Shown here piece after piece: positions 29,218 through 39,980 of a stretch of 64,000 nucleotides of DNA (positions are counted from its first letter, which is position 1; each line of letters opens with the position of its first letter). A program made the translations under genes and the position numbers. Source of the stretch: Longimicrobiales bacterium (GTDB lineage: Bacteria; Gemmatimonadota; Gemmatimonadetes; Longimicrobiales; Gaopeijiaceae). Under the pieces are notes generated by a model. That model did no database searches and was not told where the DNA came from. It was given only the letters and a program-made list of their open reading frames with translations. The stretch covers positions 1,632,001-1,696,000 of the forward strand of contig CBDDCX010000008.1 in NCBI GenBank assembly GCA_965226375.1. Reading direction: 5' to 3'.

Positions 29218-29763
29218 TTATCCGACACTGTGAGGAGAGTTGTCCGACGCTCGGAGGAGCCGCTCTCCCTCCCGCGGATCTCCTTCGTCCAGCACCTTCT
29301 GGGTACGCGCGGCGCGGTACTGTCTCACGGCGTCGCGGACCTCAGGGTACTTGTTCCCAAGTATCTCACCGGCCAGAAGCCCGGCGTTGGTCGCCCCGGC
29401 ATTACCGATGGCCAGGGTGCCCACGGGAATCCCTGCCGGCATCTGCACGATGGACAGGAGTGAGTCCAGACCGTCTAAGGCCCAGGCCTTCATCGGCACG
29501 CCCAGGACCGGGACCACGGTCTTGGCCGCCATCATCCCTCCGAGGTGCGCCGCACCGCCTGCACCGGTGATGATGACCTCCAGACCCCGCTCTTCAGCAG
29601 TCGCGGCATACTCGATGCAGAGGTCTGGTGTGCGGTGACCAGAGATGACCCGGACCTCGTGAGGGATCCCGAGGCTCTCCAGTGCGTCAGCGGCTCGGCT
29701 CATGGTTTCCCAGTCCGACCGGGAACCCATAATCACGCCTACGAGTGGCTTCGATTCGTCCAT
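29218..29763 (-). CDS. purE: N5-carboxyaminoimidazole ribonucleotide mutase
   Basis: [29 protein letters not shown]. Confidence 0.96.
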   Translation of the reverse strand: MDESKPLVGVIMGSRSDWETMSRAADALESLGIPHEVRVISGHRTPDLCIEYAATAEERGLEVIITGAGGAAHLGGMMAAKTVVPVLGVPMKAWALDGLDSLLSIVQMPAGIPVGTLAIGNAGATNAGLLAGEILGNKYPEVRDAVRQYRAARTQKVLDEGDPREGERLLRASDNSPHSVG

Positions 29764-29855
29764 GGAAGAGAGGTTGTATCAGGTGTAGAGCCAGGTCAAG
29801 AGCCCATCGTGATGTCTCGACAGGCACAGCCCCACCACCTACCATCGACTGCACC

Positions 29856-32192
29856 ATGACCGACTCGTTTCAACCTCCCGCAGGCCCCCCGGTCTGGCCG
29901 GTCGCCCGCCCGGATCTGCTGGCATTCCTCCCCATGATCCAGATGGCCTGGAGCGACGGTGTTCTGACCCCCAGTGAGATGGAGGCCCTGTGTCAGGGGC
30001 TCGAGGATCAGGAGTGGTTGGATGATGAAGGACGGGAGATCCTGAGGAGTTGGCTCCGGCCGGAGTCGCCGCCGACCCCAGCGTCGGTGGCCGACCTTCG
30101 CGAGATCGCACGGAGCTGGTGGCCTGAGGACCGCAGCGTACCGAAATCACTCACGGGCCTCGGGCTCGAGTTGATTCGGGGGGCGGGGCTCACCACCGGT
30201 CCTTGGAGTCAGGATGGCGGACCCGATGCACTAGCGCGCGCGGAGGTGCGCCTCGGGATACCCGGGCCAGAAGCGGTGCTCGAGCTCCTGGGCCTGCCGG
30301 CCCCCGTTCACGCAGTGCGGCGTCAGTATTCGAAGTTCTGGATGCGCTCTCTTCACAGGTACCTGAACGGCACCCATCACGACTTGCGAGCCCGAGTCCT
30401 CGAACTCATGAAGTCGCCCGAGCTCGCCCTACCGTTGGGACTACCTCGAAGCGCGTACAGAGAACGGGTGATGGTGGCGCTCCAGATTCTGGCAAGGGAG
30501 GGCCTCGGCAGCCTCGGGTATCCCACGGCCTACGGAGGCCAGAACGATCCGGGCGCGGCCATCGCCGTCTTTGAGACGCTGGCCTACGGAGATCTCAGCG
30601 TGCTGGTCAAGTTCGGGGTACAGTTCGGTCTGTGGGGTGGAAGCATCCTGCAGCTGGGCACCGAACGCCACCATGAGGCCTACCTTGCGGCAATCGGCTC
30701 GCTGGAGCTTCCAGGCTGTTTCGGGATGACCGAAACGGGACACGGCTCGAACGTTCGTGACCTCCAGACCGTCGCACGCTACGACGCGACTTCGGGAGAG
30801 TTCGTCGTTCATACCCCCTCACCGGAGGCCCAAAAGGACTGGATCGGCAACGCGGGCCTCCACGGCCGTGTGGCCACGATCTTCGCTCAGTTGGAAGTGG
30901 ACGACACGCGGCACGGGGTGCACGGGTTCGTGGTGCCCATTCGGGATGATGATGGCCGGCCTCTTCCCGGGGTGACCATCACGGACCGGGGCGACAAGGT
31001 GGGCCTGAACGGGATCGACAACGGCACCCTGGCGTTCGACGAGGTACGCATCCCACGGGAAAACCTTCTCGACCGCTTCGGCGAGGTCACCCCCGAAGGT
31101 GTATACGCCAGCCCCATCCCGAGCTCCGGGCGGCGTTTTTTCACGATGCTGGGCACGCTCGTGGCCGGCCGTGTGAGCATCGCGGCAGCCTCGGTGAGCA
31201 CCGCCAAGACCGCGCTCACCATCGCGATCCGGTATGGTGACAGACGACGGCAATTCGGACCGGCGCATTCGGAAGAGGTGCGGATTCTCGACTACCGCGT
31301 ACACCAACGTCTCCTGCTCCCCCGCCTCGCCACCACATACGGGCTGCATTTCGCGGTGCGAGACCTGATCCGACGCTACACCGGGGATGCGGGAGGACCG
31401 GACGAAGCGGTAGAGGTCGACGCGGCGGGCCTCAAGGCTTATGCGTCCGCACATGCGCTGTCCACGATCCAGGCCTGCCGGGAGGCCTGTGGCGGCCAGG
31501 GGTATCTGGCGGCCAATCGCCTGGGCGCCCTCCGCGACGACGTCGACGTTTTCACCACGTTCGAGGGTGCCAACCCTGTGCTGCTCCAGCTCGTCGCCAA
31601 AGGACTTCTGTCAGGCTATCGAGATCAGATCGGAGACTTGAGGCTGTGGGGCATGGTCCGCCACGTAGCCGATCGGGCCAGCGTACGATTGACGGAGATG
31701 AACCCCGTCATCACGAGAAGAACGGACGAGGATCATCTACGGGATCCCGAGTTTCACTTGGCGGCGTTTCGCTACCGAGAGGATCGCCTCTTGGCATCCG
31801 CGGCCCGACGCCTCGGGGACCTTCTCGGAGACGGCGTGAGCTCCTTCGAGGCCATGAACATCACGCAGGACCATCTCGTCACTCTGGCGAACGCACACGT
31901 CGAGCGGATGATCATGGAGTGTTTCCACGATGCGGTGATGCGTGCACCAACGCCGGGGCTCTCAGAGGCCATGAGCGGGCTGGCGACGCTCTATGGCCTG
32001 GCCACCATGGAGGCGAACGGGGCTTGGTATCTCGAGAGTAGTTACATGGACCCGGCCAAGACCCGTGCCATCCGTTGGCTTGTAAACGAAATCTGCTCCG
32101 AAATCCGGCGACAGGCCGTCTTCCTGGTCGACGGATTCGGCATTCCGGACGAGGTGCTGCGGGCCCCGATCGCCCTCGAGAAGGAGAGCTAG
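29856..32192 (+). CDS. Acyl-CoA oxidase/dehydrogenase with N-terminal TerB-like extension
   Basis: GCFGMTETGHGSNV, KDWIGNA, GLNGIDNG, CREACGGQGY, TFEGAN. Confidence 0.88.
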   Translation: MTDSFQPPAGPPVWPVARPDLLAFLPMIQMAWSDGVLTPSEMEALCQGLEDQEWLDDEGREILRSWLRPESPPTPASVADLREIARSWWPEDRSVPKSLTGLGLELIRGAGLTTGPWSQDGGPDALARAEVRLGIPGPEAVLELLGLPAPVHAVRRQYSKFWMRSLHRYLNGTHHDLRARVLELMKSPELALPLGLPRSAYRERVMVALQILAREGLGSLGYPTAYGGQNDPGAAIAVFETLAYGDLSVLVKFGVQFGLWGGSILQLGTERHHEAYLAAIGSLELPGCFGMTETGHGSNVRDLQTVARYDATSGEFVVHTPSPEAQKDWIGNAGLHGRVATIFAQLEVDDTRHGVHGFVVPIRDDDGRPLPGVTITDRGDKVGLNGIDNGTLAFDEVRIPRENLLDRFGEVTPEGVYASPIPSSGRRFFTMLGTLVAGRVSIAAASVSTAKTALTIAIRYGDRRRQFGPAHSEEVRILDYRVHQRLLLPRLATTYGLHFAVRDLIRRYTGDAGGPDEAVEVDAAGLKAYASAHALSTIQACREACGGQGYLAANRLGALRDDVDVFTTFEGANPVLLQLVAKGLLSGYRDQIGDLRLWGMVRHVADRASVRLTEMNPVITRRTDEDHLRDPEFHLAAFRYREDRLLASAARRLGDLLGDGVSSFEAMNITQDHLVTLANAHVERMIMECFHDAVMRAPTPGLSEAMSGLATLYGLATMEANGAWYLESSYMDPAKTRAIRWLVNEICSEIRRQAVFLVDGFGIPDEVLRAPIALEKES

Positions 32193-32344
32193 GCGGGTCT
32201 GAGACGCCCCTGTTCGCCCCGTTTCACCCCCTTCCAGGGCGCCCGCGTAGCCGCATCCCGAAAAAGAAACACTTGTTTCCAGAAAACCGGCTCCGCATCT
32301 TTCAGGTGTTGGACGACATTTTGACTTCCCCGAGGAAGGGACAT

Positions 32345-33363
32345 ATGGCTCGCAAGATCGTGTCCGCATGCGCGCTGGTGGTAAGCCTGTCAGTGGTGAC
32401 TCCAGCTCTGGCCCAGACGCCGGTTTGGTCCCCGGATCGCCCGGATGGGCACGCCCCTGGCGGGGTTATGGCCGACTACACCCTGCAAAAGGGCGAGATT
32501 TACGTCGCCTACAGGTACTCCCGAGAGGACTTCGAGGGAACGCTGGTCGGCACGACGCCCTTCTTTTCCGATGACGTCTTGGACTTCTTCTCGGTCGCTC
32601 CGCTCACGCTCGACAGGGAGATACACGAGGTAGAGTTGCGTTGGGGACTCTCCGACTATTTCACGGCGGCGGTGTCGATGCCGTTCGTGCTCAACAAAAT
32701 GTGGAACGTGACCGAGGACGACGAGTTCTACGAGACTCGATCGAACGACATTGGGGACCTGAGCATCCGTCTTCTCTTCGATCTCTTCGAGATCGACCAG
32801 TACCGAATGCACCTGATGCTGGGGAGCACCCTCCCCTCGGGCGAGAATCAGGACACCGACCAGACGCCATTTTCCGGCACGGGCCAAGACGTGCTGCCGT
32901 ACGCCATGCAGGCCGGCACGGGGCACGTAGACTTCTTGGGAGGTCTGGGCTTCACCACCCAGAACGAGGTGGCGAGTGTCGGAGCGCATGCCAATGTGGC
33001 CATCCGCCCCTTCAACAACGAGCAAGACTACCGTCGTGGTGACGCGTTCGAGTTCACCGCCTGGGGCGCGTATAACCTGAACGAGTGGATGAGCGTATCG
33101 GCTCGTGTTCTCTACCAGAGTGAGGGAGAGACCGAGGCGCCGATCCGGGTACCGACCCCTTGGTGGATCCAGGCTCGAACCCACTCGCCCAGGGGGGCGA
33201 GCGGGTGTACATCCCGTTCGGGCTCAACCTCTACTTTCAGGATGGCGCCTTCGACGGTCATCGCCTCGCGGTCGAGTGGTTCTACCCGGTTCATGAGGAT
33301 CTGAACGGGCCCCAGCTGTCGGTCGCCAACACGTTCGTGGTCTCCTGGCAGGTCGCTTTCTAG
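32345..33363 (+). CDS. Outer-membrane beta-barrel 'transporter' family protein (apparent single-base deletion near 33136)
   Basis: Signal peptide, RPDGHAP.GVM, IGDL, LPYAMQ.G.G; C-terminal LNGPQL...WQVAF in another frame. Confidence 0.75.
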
Positions 33364-33382
33364 ACGGACCATCTAGAAGCTC

Positions 33383-33417
33383 GAACGCCCCGTCCGGAGT
33401 CACCGGACGGGGCGTTC
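33383..33417. terminator. Hairpin between convergent genes
   Basis: GAACGCCCCGTCCGG-AGTCA-CCGGACGGGGCGTTC perfect 15-bp stem. Confidence 0.75.
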
Positions 33418-33448
33418 TGCGTTCACAAGTAGGCCTTCGACCTCTACG

Positions 33449-34723
33449 CTAAGCCACCCGGACCATGTGATAGGCCTTCTTCCCTTTCCGGAGCACCAGA
33501 AACCTCCCTTCAACGGCGTCTTCGATCCGCACCCGGGCCTCGACGTCCTGAACCCGGACGTTGTTCAGGTACAAGCCGCCCCCCTCGATCGAACGACGAG
33601 CGTCCCCGCGAGAACTGGCCAATCCGGTCGACGCGAACAGATCCAGGATGCCCGTCCCCTCTCCCTCCAACTCCACCCGCGGGATCTCGCTGGAGGGCAC
33701 ATCGGCAAAGATGTCGGCGATCTCGCTCGCCATCAGTCCCGTGAGCTCACCGCCGAACAGGACCGACGTCGCCCCCTGTGCGTTGGCCAGGCCCGTCTCC
33801 CCGTGGACACGGCTCGTGACCACCTCCGCCAGCCTCCGGTGGGCCGCCCGCTCGTGAGGACGCTCGGCCAACTCCGCCTCAGCAACAGCGATCTCGTCGG
33901 CGTCCAACAGCGTGAAATACTTGAGGTACGCGACAACGTCGCGATCGTCGACGTTCATCCAGAACTGGTAGAACCGATATGGCGATGTGAGCGCAGGGTC
34001 GAGCCACACCGCACCCGCCTCGGTCTTGCCGAACTTGTGGCCACCGGCCCCGGTCACGAGAGGATAGGTGAGACCATGCGCCTTCTCGCCTGTCATCCGC
34101 CTGACCAGATCGATGCCCGCAGTGATGTTCCCCCACTGGTCGCTTCCACCCATTTGCAACGTGCAACCGTATCGCTCATTCAGCGCTACGAAGTCGTAGG
34201 CCTGCAGGAGTGCGTAGCTGAACTCCGTGTAGGAGATGCCCACTTTCTCGTCTTCGAGACGGCGCCGCACCGACTCCTTTTTCAGGAGGACGTTGACCGA
34301 GAAGTGCTTTCCCACGTCCCGGAGAAAATCGACCATGGCGATTTCGCCGAGCCATTCCAGGTTATCCACGGTGCGCGCCGCGTTGGTGGCACAGTCGAAG
34401 TCGAGAAAGTGCTCTAGCTGAAGCTGCATGGAGGCCAGGTTTTCAGCAGCCTTCTCCTTGGTGAGCAGCTGGCGCTCCTCCGTCTTTCCCGAAGGGTCCC
34501 CGATGAGCCCGGTCCCGCCACCCACTAACACGATGGGATGGTGCCCAGTGCGCTGGAGATGCACGAGACCCATGATGGGCATGAGGTTGCCCACGTGAAG
34601 ACTAGGTGCCGTGGGATCGAAGCCGATGTAGCCGGTCACGGCCCCCTCGGCGAGGGCCTCCTCGGCCCCGTCCGTGGCGTCCTGCAACATCCCGCGCCAG
34701 CGGTATTCTTCCAGTAGGTTCAT
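33449..34723 (-). CDS. tyrS: Tyrosine--tRNA ligase
   Basis: GFDPTAPSLHVGN, QMGGSDQWGNI, KFGKT, C-terminal S4 domain. Confidence 0.97.
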   Translation of the reverse strand: MNLLEEYRWRGMLQDATDGAEEALAEGAVTGYIGFDPTAPSLHVGNLMPIMGLVHLQRTGHHPIVLVGGGTGLIGDPSGKTEERQLLTKEKAAENLASMQLQLEHFLDFDCATNAARTVDNLEWLGEIAMVDFLRDVGKHFSVNVLLKKESVRRRLEDEKVGISYTEFSYALLQAYDFVALNERYGCTLQMGGSDQWGNITAGIDLVRRMTGEKAHGLTYPLVTGAGGHKFGKTEAGAVWLDPALTSPYRFYQFWMNVDDRDVVAYLKYFTLLDADEIAVAEAELAERPHERAAHRRLAEVVTSRVHGETGLANAQGATSVLFGGELTGLMASEIADIFADVPSSEIPRVELEGEGTGILDLFASTGLASSRGDARRSIEGGGLYLNNVRVQDVEARVRIEDAVEGRFLVLRKGKKAYHMVRVA

Positions 34724-34831
34724 TGCTCTCGGTTCAGTTTCCGGCTTTTCCGATGCGGGAGCCGAAAGATAATCGCGGTGCGATCCGGCGCGAGGGCCGT
34801 GGGTCCGGCGCGAGCCCGCCTTCCGTTACGC

Positions 34832-36262
34832 CTACCCGGTCTCGATCACTCCGGCCCGGGGTCCGGCAAGACGCACCCGAACCTCTGTGCGGTCGATCTT
34901 GCCATTGACGTTTCTCGGCAGCTCCTCGGCCACAGCGAGCAAGCGGGGCACCTCGGCGCCCGACAAACGCATGCGCACTGCGGCATCCAGACCTTGCAGG
35001 TCGAGCGCTCCCGACTCGGAAACTACCAAAGCCCCTACCACCTGACCCCAGGTGTCGTCGGCAACACCGATCACCACAACGTCAGCCACACCTGCGACGT
35101 CTCGGATCACGGCTTCGACCCTGGATGGGTCGACGTTGACCCCGCCGGAGATGATACGTTCGTCGACTCGGCCGGAGACCCAAAGGTGACCGTCGTCATC
35201 GAGGGACCCGTAGTCCCCGGTGGCGAGCCATCCTTTTTCGTCACAGAGGGAGGGAGCCACTGTCGCACCGCGCACCGAAATCTCGCCGCTTTCCAGCAAC
35301 CGAAGCTCGAGGCCGTCGATGGGAAGGCCTACCGTGCCCGGCTTCTCGGCAACGAGGTCGGGCGGGGCGGTAGCGACCTGCGAGCAGGCTTCGGTGAGGC
35401 CGTACGTGAGGGCGATGGGGTATCCGCGAGCGACGGCCAGCTCGACGAGCGGTGCCGCGGCCGCCGCTCCGCCTACGAGCAGACATCGCAGACCGGGCGG
35501 GACCGGCGCGTCTCCACCAGCATCGACGAGATGTCGCAGCATGGTCGGCACCAGGGACGCATGGGTGATCTCGGCGCGGTCGATGAGCTCGACCAGCGTC
35601 TGCGCCGAGTACCGGCCCCGAACCACCAGGCAGGATCCCGAGTGAACCGCCCGGTGGACCAAGGCCAGCCCGCCGATGTGGGCGGGTGACAGGGATCCGT
35701 ACCAACGATCACCCTCCCGCAGATCCAGACGTGCCGACACGGCCAAAGCACTTGCATCGAGAGCGTCCAGAGTCACCGGCACGACCCGGGCCTCACCCGA
35801 GGTACCGGACGTGCACAGGAGGGCAAAGGGCCGGCCGGTTTCAGCCGGGGGACCTCCCTCGGAGGCAGCACCTTGCTCCGGGGGCGGCTTGGGCAGGTCG
35901 TCCACAGTGACGAACCAGTTTCGGTCCAACCCCAACCCGTCCACGTCGGCCTCGGTGCTCAACAGGAGGTCGGCGCCGATGGCATCGAGGGCTCGTTCGA
36001 GCCCTTCGGATCCCACGCCCGGGTTCAGAACCGCCAGCGTGGCTCCGGTGCGCGGCACCGCGAACAGGGCCTGGACCGCTAGAGCACCTGGATGTGCGAC
36101 CAGCGCGACGGTCGCTCCGAAGGTCGAACCGATCGGCTGCAGGCGTCGCGCCATCCGAGCAACGGCGGCATCGAGTTCGGCGAAGCTCCAGATGCGATCC
36201 CCGTCATCCAGTGCCGGGGCGTCCGGCCGCTTTCCGGCCACGACGCGAAGGGGGTCCCTCAT
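34832..36262 (-). CDS. menE: O-succinylbenzoate--CoA ligase
   Basis: TSGTSG, TYGLTEACSQ, TGD, ISGG.NV.P; men operon context; ATG overlaps menA stop. Confidence 0.85.
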   Translation of the reverse strand: MRDPLRVVAGKRPDAPALDDGDRIWSFAELDAAVARMARRLQPIGSTFGATVALVAHPGALAVQALFAVPRTGATLAVLNPGVGSEGLERALDAIGADLLLSTEADVDGLGLDRNWFVTVDDLPKPPPEQGAASEGGPPAETGRPFALLCTSGTSGEARVVPVTLDALDASALAVSARLDLREGDRWYGSLSPAHIGGLALVHRAVHSGSCLVVRGRYSAQTLVELIDRAEITHASLVPTMLRHLVDAGGDAPVPPGLRCLLVGGAAAAAPLVELAVARGYPIALTYGLTEACSQVATAPPDLVAEKPGTVGLPIDGLELRLLESGEISVRGATVAPSLCDEKGWLATGDYGSLDDDGHLWVSGRVDERIISGGVNVDPSRVEAVIRDVAGVADVVVIGVADDTWGQVVGALVVSESGALDLQGLDAAVRMRLSGAEVPRLLAVAEELPRNVNGKIDRTEVRVRLAGPRAGVIETG

Positions 36263-37158
36263 GCGAAGGCGAGGCTCAGCCCGAGCAACACACCGTACAA
36301 CGCCACCACCCGAGCCGTTCCGGGCAACGCCGGAACGAGTGCACGGGCGTCGTCCTCTGTCATGATGAGTGTAATCGGTCTGATGGACGCCACTCCTGCG
36401 ACGAGGGCAATGAGGGCGGCTCGGGGCCACCCGAAGAGGGCCACCCCGACCACCGGCACCGAGAATCCCACAGCCATCAACAGGGTGTACTCGACCCGGC
36501 TACCGTCTCGGCCGAGTCGGACAGCGTGCGTGCGTTTCCCGGCTGCAGCATCGGTCTCGAGGTCCCTGACGTTGTTGGCCACCAATATGGCCGTACTCAG
36601 AGCACCCACGCCCGCCCCGGCCACGAGCACGTCCGCCGGAAGGGCGAGACCCTGAACCCAGTAGGTCCCCCCCACCGCCACCAGGCCGAAAAACAGGAAT
36701 ACGAAAACGTCCCCTAGGCCATGATAGGCCAGCGGGAAGGGTCCTCCCGTGTAGGCAACGGCACACAAGAGGGATGCCAGACCGACCCATACGATGGGCC
36801 ATCCGCCCACCGAAACGAGGTAGACACCCACCAGCAGGGCCATGAACAGGGTCAGGATCATGCCCCGCCAGACCTGCCTGGGAGGGATCAGACCAGCCTG
36901 AGTCACTCTCGTGGGTCCCACCCGATCTTCCGTGTCCCCCCCTCGGAAGAAGTCGTAGTAGTCGTTTGCCAGATTCGTCCCGATCTGGATGAGGAGCGCA
37001 CCCACGAGTGCGGCCGCCGCCGGGACGGCTTGGTGGGTGCCGTGCGCGGCGGCCAAGCCGGTCCCCACGAACACAGGAGCGGCGGCGGCTGACAGGGTCT
37101 TCGGACGGGCGGCCAGAATCCAGGCACGTGTGCGGGAGATGGGCACGGGCTCTGTCAT
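36259..37158 (-). CDS. menA: 1,4-dihydroxy-2-naphthoate polyprenyltransferase
   Basis: ARPKTL, NLANDYYD, NNVRD...D...GK.T. Confidence 0.95.
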   Translation of the reverse strand: MTEPVPISRTRAWILAARPKTLSAAAAPVFVGTGLAAAHGTHQAVPAAAALVGALLIQIGTNLANDYYDFFRGGDTEDRVGPTRVTQAGLIPPRQVWRGMILTLFMALLVGVYLVSVGGWPIVWVGLASLLCAVAYTGGPFPLAYHGLGDVFVFLFFGLVAVGGTYWVQGLALPADVLVAGAGVGALSTAILVANNVRDLETDAAAGKRTHAVRLGRDGSRVEYTLLMAVGFSVPVVGVALFGWPRAALIALVAGVASIRPITLIMTEDDARALVPALPGTARVVALYGVLLGLSLAFA

Positions 37159-37216
37159 CAGCGCTGCTCCGCCGCCCCTGCTGGCTCGGTTTGGATTCCC
37201 AGGTCGGTCCGGCCTT

Positions 37217-38056
37217 CTACCACGGTAACCACGGAAACTGCCGGAAGTCGGGCTTACGCTTCTCGAGGAACGCGTTCTTCGCTTCCTTGGCCTCCTCCGT
37301 CATGTAGAAGAGGAGTGTGGCGTTTCCGGCAAGCTCCTGGATTCCCGCCTGGCCATCGACATCCGCGTTGAAGGAGGACTTGAGCAGCCGGATGGCCAAG
37401 GGGCTCCTGTCGAGGATCTCCTGGGCCCAACGCCAGCCCTCCATCTCGAGCTCCTCCACGGGCACGACTTTGTTCACCATGCCCATCTCGAGGGCCTCCT
37501 GCGCGCTGTACTGGCGACACAGGTACCAGATCTCCCTGGCTTTCTTCTGACCCACCATCCGGGCGAGGAATCCCGCCCCGAAACCCCCGTCGAAGCTCCC
37601 CACCTTGGGGCCGGTCTGACCGAATACAGCGTTGTCGGCGGCGAGTGTGAGGTCACATATGATGTGGAGGACATGGCCGCCGCCGATGGCGTATCCGGCC
37701 ACCAGGCAGATCACGGGTTTCGGCATGCTTCGGATATAGCGCTGTAGCTCGAGGACGTTGAGCCTGGGGACCCCGTCCTCTCCCACGTACCCGCCGTCTC
37801 CTCGCACCTTTTGATCCCCACCGGCGCAGAATGCGTGGACACCATCCTCCGCAGGCCCCTCTCCGGTGAAGAGTACCACGCCGATCCGGGTGTCTTCACC
37901 CGCATTCCTGAAGGCCTCCTGCAGCTCCAGGAGTGTCCCGGGCCGAAAGGCGTTACGAATCCGAGGCCGGTTGATGGCGATGCGGGCTACTCCATCGGCC
38001 TTCTTATAGGTGATGTCCTGGTACTCCTTCACCACATCCCATTGCGGCTCGTTCAT
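37217..38056 (-). CDS. menB: 1,4-dihydroxy-2-naphthoyl-CoA synthase
   Basis: [26 protein letters not shown]. Confidence 0.97.
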   Translation of the reverse strand: MNEPQWDVVKEYQDITYKKADGVARIAINRPRIRNAFRPGTLLELQEAFRNAGEDTRIGVVLFTGEGPAEDGVHAFCAGGDQKVRGDGGYVGEDGVPRLNVLELQRYIRSMPKPVICLVAGYAIGGGHVLHIICDLTLAADNAVFGQTGPKVGSFDGGFGAGFLARMVGQKKAREIWYLCRQYSAQEALEMGMVNKVVPVEELEMEGWRWAQEILDRSPLAIRLLKSSFNADVDGQAGIQELAGNATLLFYMTEEAKEAKNAFLEKRKPDFRQFPWLPW

Positions 38057-38132
38057 TTATACTCGTCCCGAGTTTCGAGTCACTGTCTTGTTCCTGCGTC
38101 GACCGGGGCCGCTCGCCTCGAGCCGACGACCC

Positions 38133-39980
38133 TCATTCCGCCTCAATCTCACGGCGGACCGCCTGGGTTACCATCTCGATCACCTCCCGGTGCCTGCGAT
38201 GACTGTCGTCACGGTCCGTTCGAATCTCCAGAATCCGGGGCCCGGGCTCAAGCAGGGCCTCATGGAAAACCTCTGAAATGCACGCCATCGCGTCCAGACG
38301 TCGGTAGGGGATCCCATAGAGTTCCGCAGCCCGGCTGAAGTCGAGGCCATGCGGCGTTGCAAAGTAGCGCGTGAACTCCGGCTCGTGCTCGCGAATCGGG
38401 AGCATGTGGAAAATCCCTCCCCCGTCGTTGTTAATCACCACGAAGAGCACGTTCAACCGATTCTGTGCAACCGCGAGCAGGCCGTTCATGTCGTGGGAGA
38501 ACGCCAGATCTCCGAGTAAGGCCACCACAGGCGGCTCGTTGGGGCCAACCGTTTCTCCTTCGCCTCGGGCGGTGCCCACTTCACGGGTGGTACCCGCTTC
38601 ACCGGTGGTACCCGCCGCGACACCGGCCGCCGTGGACACGATCCCGTCGATTCCGCTGGCACCTCGATTCCCGAGAACACGAAGCCGCTTCGACCTCGCT
38701 CCCCCATACGCGTCCAGATCCCGCACCGGCATGGAGTTCGACACGAACAGCGTGACGTCCTCCGGGAGCGCATCGACCAGGGCCGAAAGGACGTCTCCCT
38801 CGAAGAAATCGCCCTGGCCGTCCTGAACCGCCTCGCGGGCCGTCCGGTCGATGCGCTCCCATACCTCGCTCCAAGAGGTCGGCGCGATCCTCTCGGACAC
38901 GCCAGCCGCGAGCTCGGTGAGAATCTCCGCTACGTCGGCCTGCACGTAGCGAGATGCGGCGGACAGAGAGTTCTTTCGGGGGCGTCCCACTCCGATCACG
39001 ATGTGAGGTGCGCTGCCACACTCCTCCAGGAAGGTGAGCACACCGGCAGAGGTAGGCGGACCCCCGATCCTGAGAACGAGGTCGGGTCGAAGCAGATCCC
39101 GCACCGCGGCGTCGCGAAGGAACAGGTCGGATGAAGCGATGGCTGGCGGTCCGTTACCGCGTCCGAACCGCGCGCCCGAGAGGGGGTCGGCGAGCAGCGG
39201 AAACCCGGTGGCCGCGGACAGTCGGATCAACGCAGGCCCGACCACGCCGGGATCGCCGACCGGGCCGGCGACGATGAGCCCCCGCTCACCACCTCGAAGA
39301 AAGTCGATCAGACCCGACACCTCCTCGGCCGAGTGAACAGCTTCGGAGCCCGAAAACACCTCCATGGGCGAGCCGTCCGCTCGTCCATCCAGGCCCGACA
39401 GGTCCTTTTCCCGAAGAGTCGCCGCTCGCTCTCGATCCATCTCGACCGGGTCCAGTGGCTTGTCGAACGGCAGGTTCACATGGACGGGGCCCGGATGGGG
39501 CGCCAACGCCAGAGCAACGGATCGACAGGCCAGAACCCTTGTCTCCCGCAGCTTCTCCAGTGCCGGGTCGCCGGCATCCAGGCTAGCGCGTGTGTAGGAC
39601 CCGTACATGCCTTCTTGTTCGATGGTCTGGTTGGCGTCGGAGCCGCGGAGGCGGAGAGGTCGATCGGCCGTGAGCACAAGGAGAGGCACATCGCTCAACG
39701 AGGCTTCGATGACGGCGGGAAACAGGTTCGCCGTGGCGGTGCCCGACGTGGTGATCACGGCCGCGGGCCGACCCGCAGCCTTCCCGAGGCCGAGCGCGAA
39801 AAAAGCCGCCGAGCGCTCGTCCAGGTGCACCCACGTGGTAAAGCGGTCGTCCCTGGCACATGCCATGACCAAGGGGGTGGATCGGGAGCCCGGTGCGATG
39901 CACACGTGCACGACACCCATCCGAGCCAGTTCATCCGTGAAAGCCCTCGCCCAGGCGGTGGTGACCGCCGGATCGCTCAT
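38133..39980 (-). CDS. menD: SEPHCHC synthase
   Basis: PGSRSTPL, DERSAAF, TSGTATAN, GNRGASGIDG, NNDGGGIF. Confidence 0.95.
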   Translation of the reverse strand: MSDPAVTTAWARAFTDELARMGVVHVCIAPGSRSTPLVMACARDDRFTTWVHLDERSAAFFALGLGKAAGRPAAVITTSGTATANLFPAVIEASLSDVPLLVLTADRPLRLRGSDANQTIEQEGMYGSYTRASLDAGDPALEKLRETRVLACRSVALALAPHPGPVHVNLPFDKPLDPVEMDRERAATLREKDLSGLDGRADGSPMEVFSGSEAVHSAEEVSGLIDFLRGGERGLIVAGPVGDPGVVGPALIRLSAATGFPLLADPLSGARFGRGNGPPAIASSDLFLRDAAVRDLLRPDLVLRIGGPPTSAGVLTFLEECGSAPHIVIGVGRPRKNSLSAASRYVQADVAEILTELAAGVSERIAPTSWSEVWERIDRTAREAVQDGQGDFFEGDVLSALVDALPEDVTLFVSNSMPVRDLDAYGGARSKRLRVLGNRGASGIDGIVSTAAGVAAGTTGEAGTTREVGTARGEGETVGPNEPPVVALLGDLAFSHDMNGLLAVAQNRLNVLFVVINNDGGGIFHMLPIREHEPEFTRYFATPHGLDFSRAAELYGIPYRRLDAMACISEVFHEALLEPGPRILEIRTDRDDSHRRHREVIEMVTQAVRREIEAE

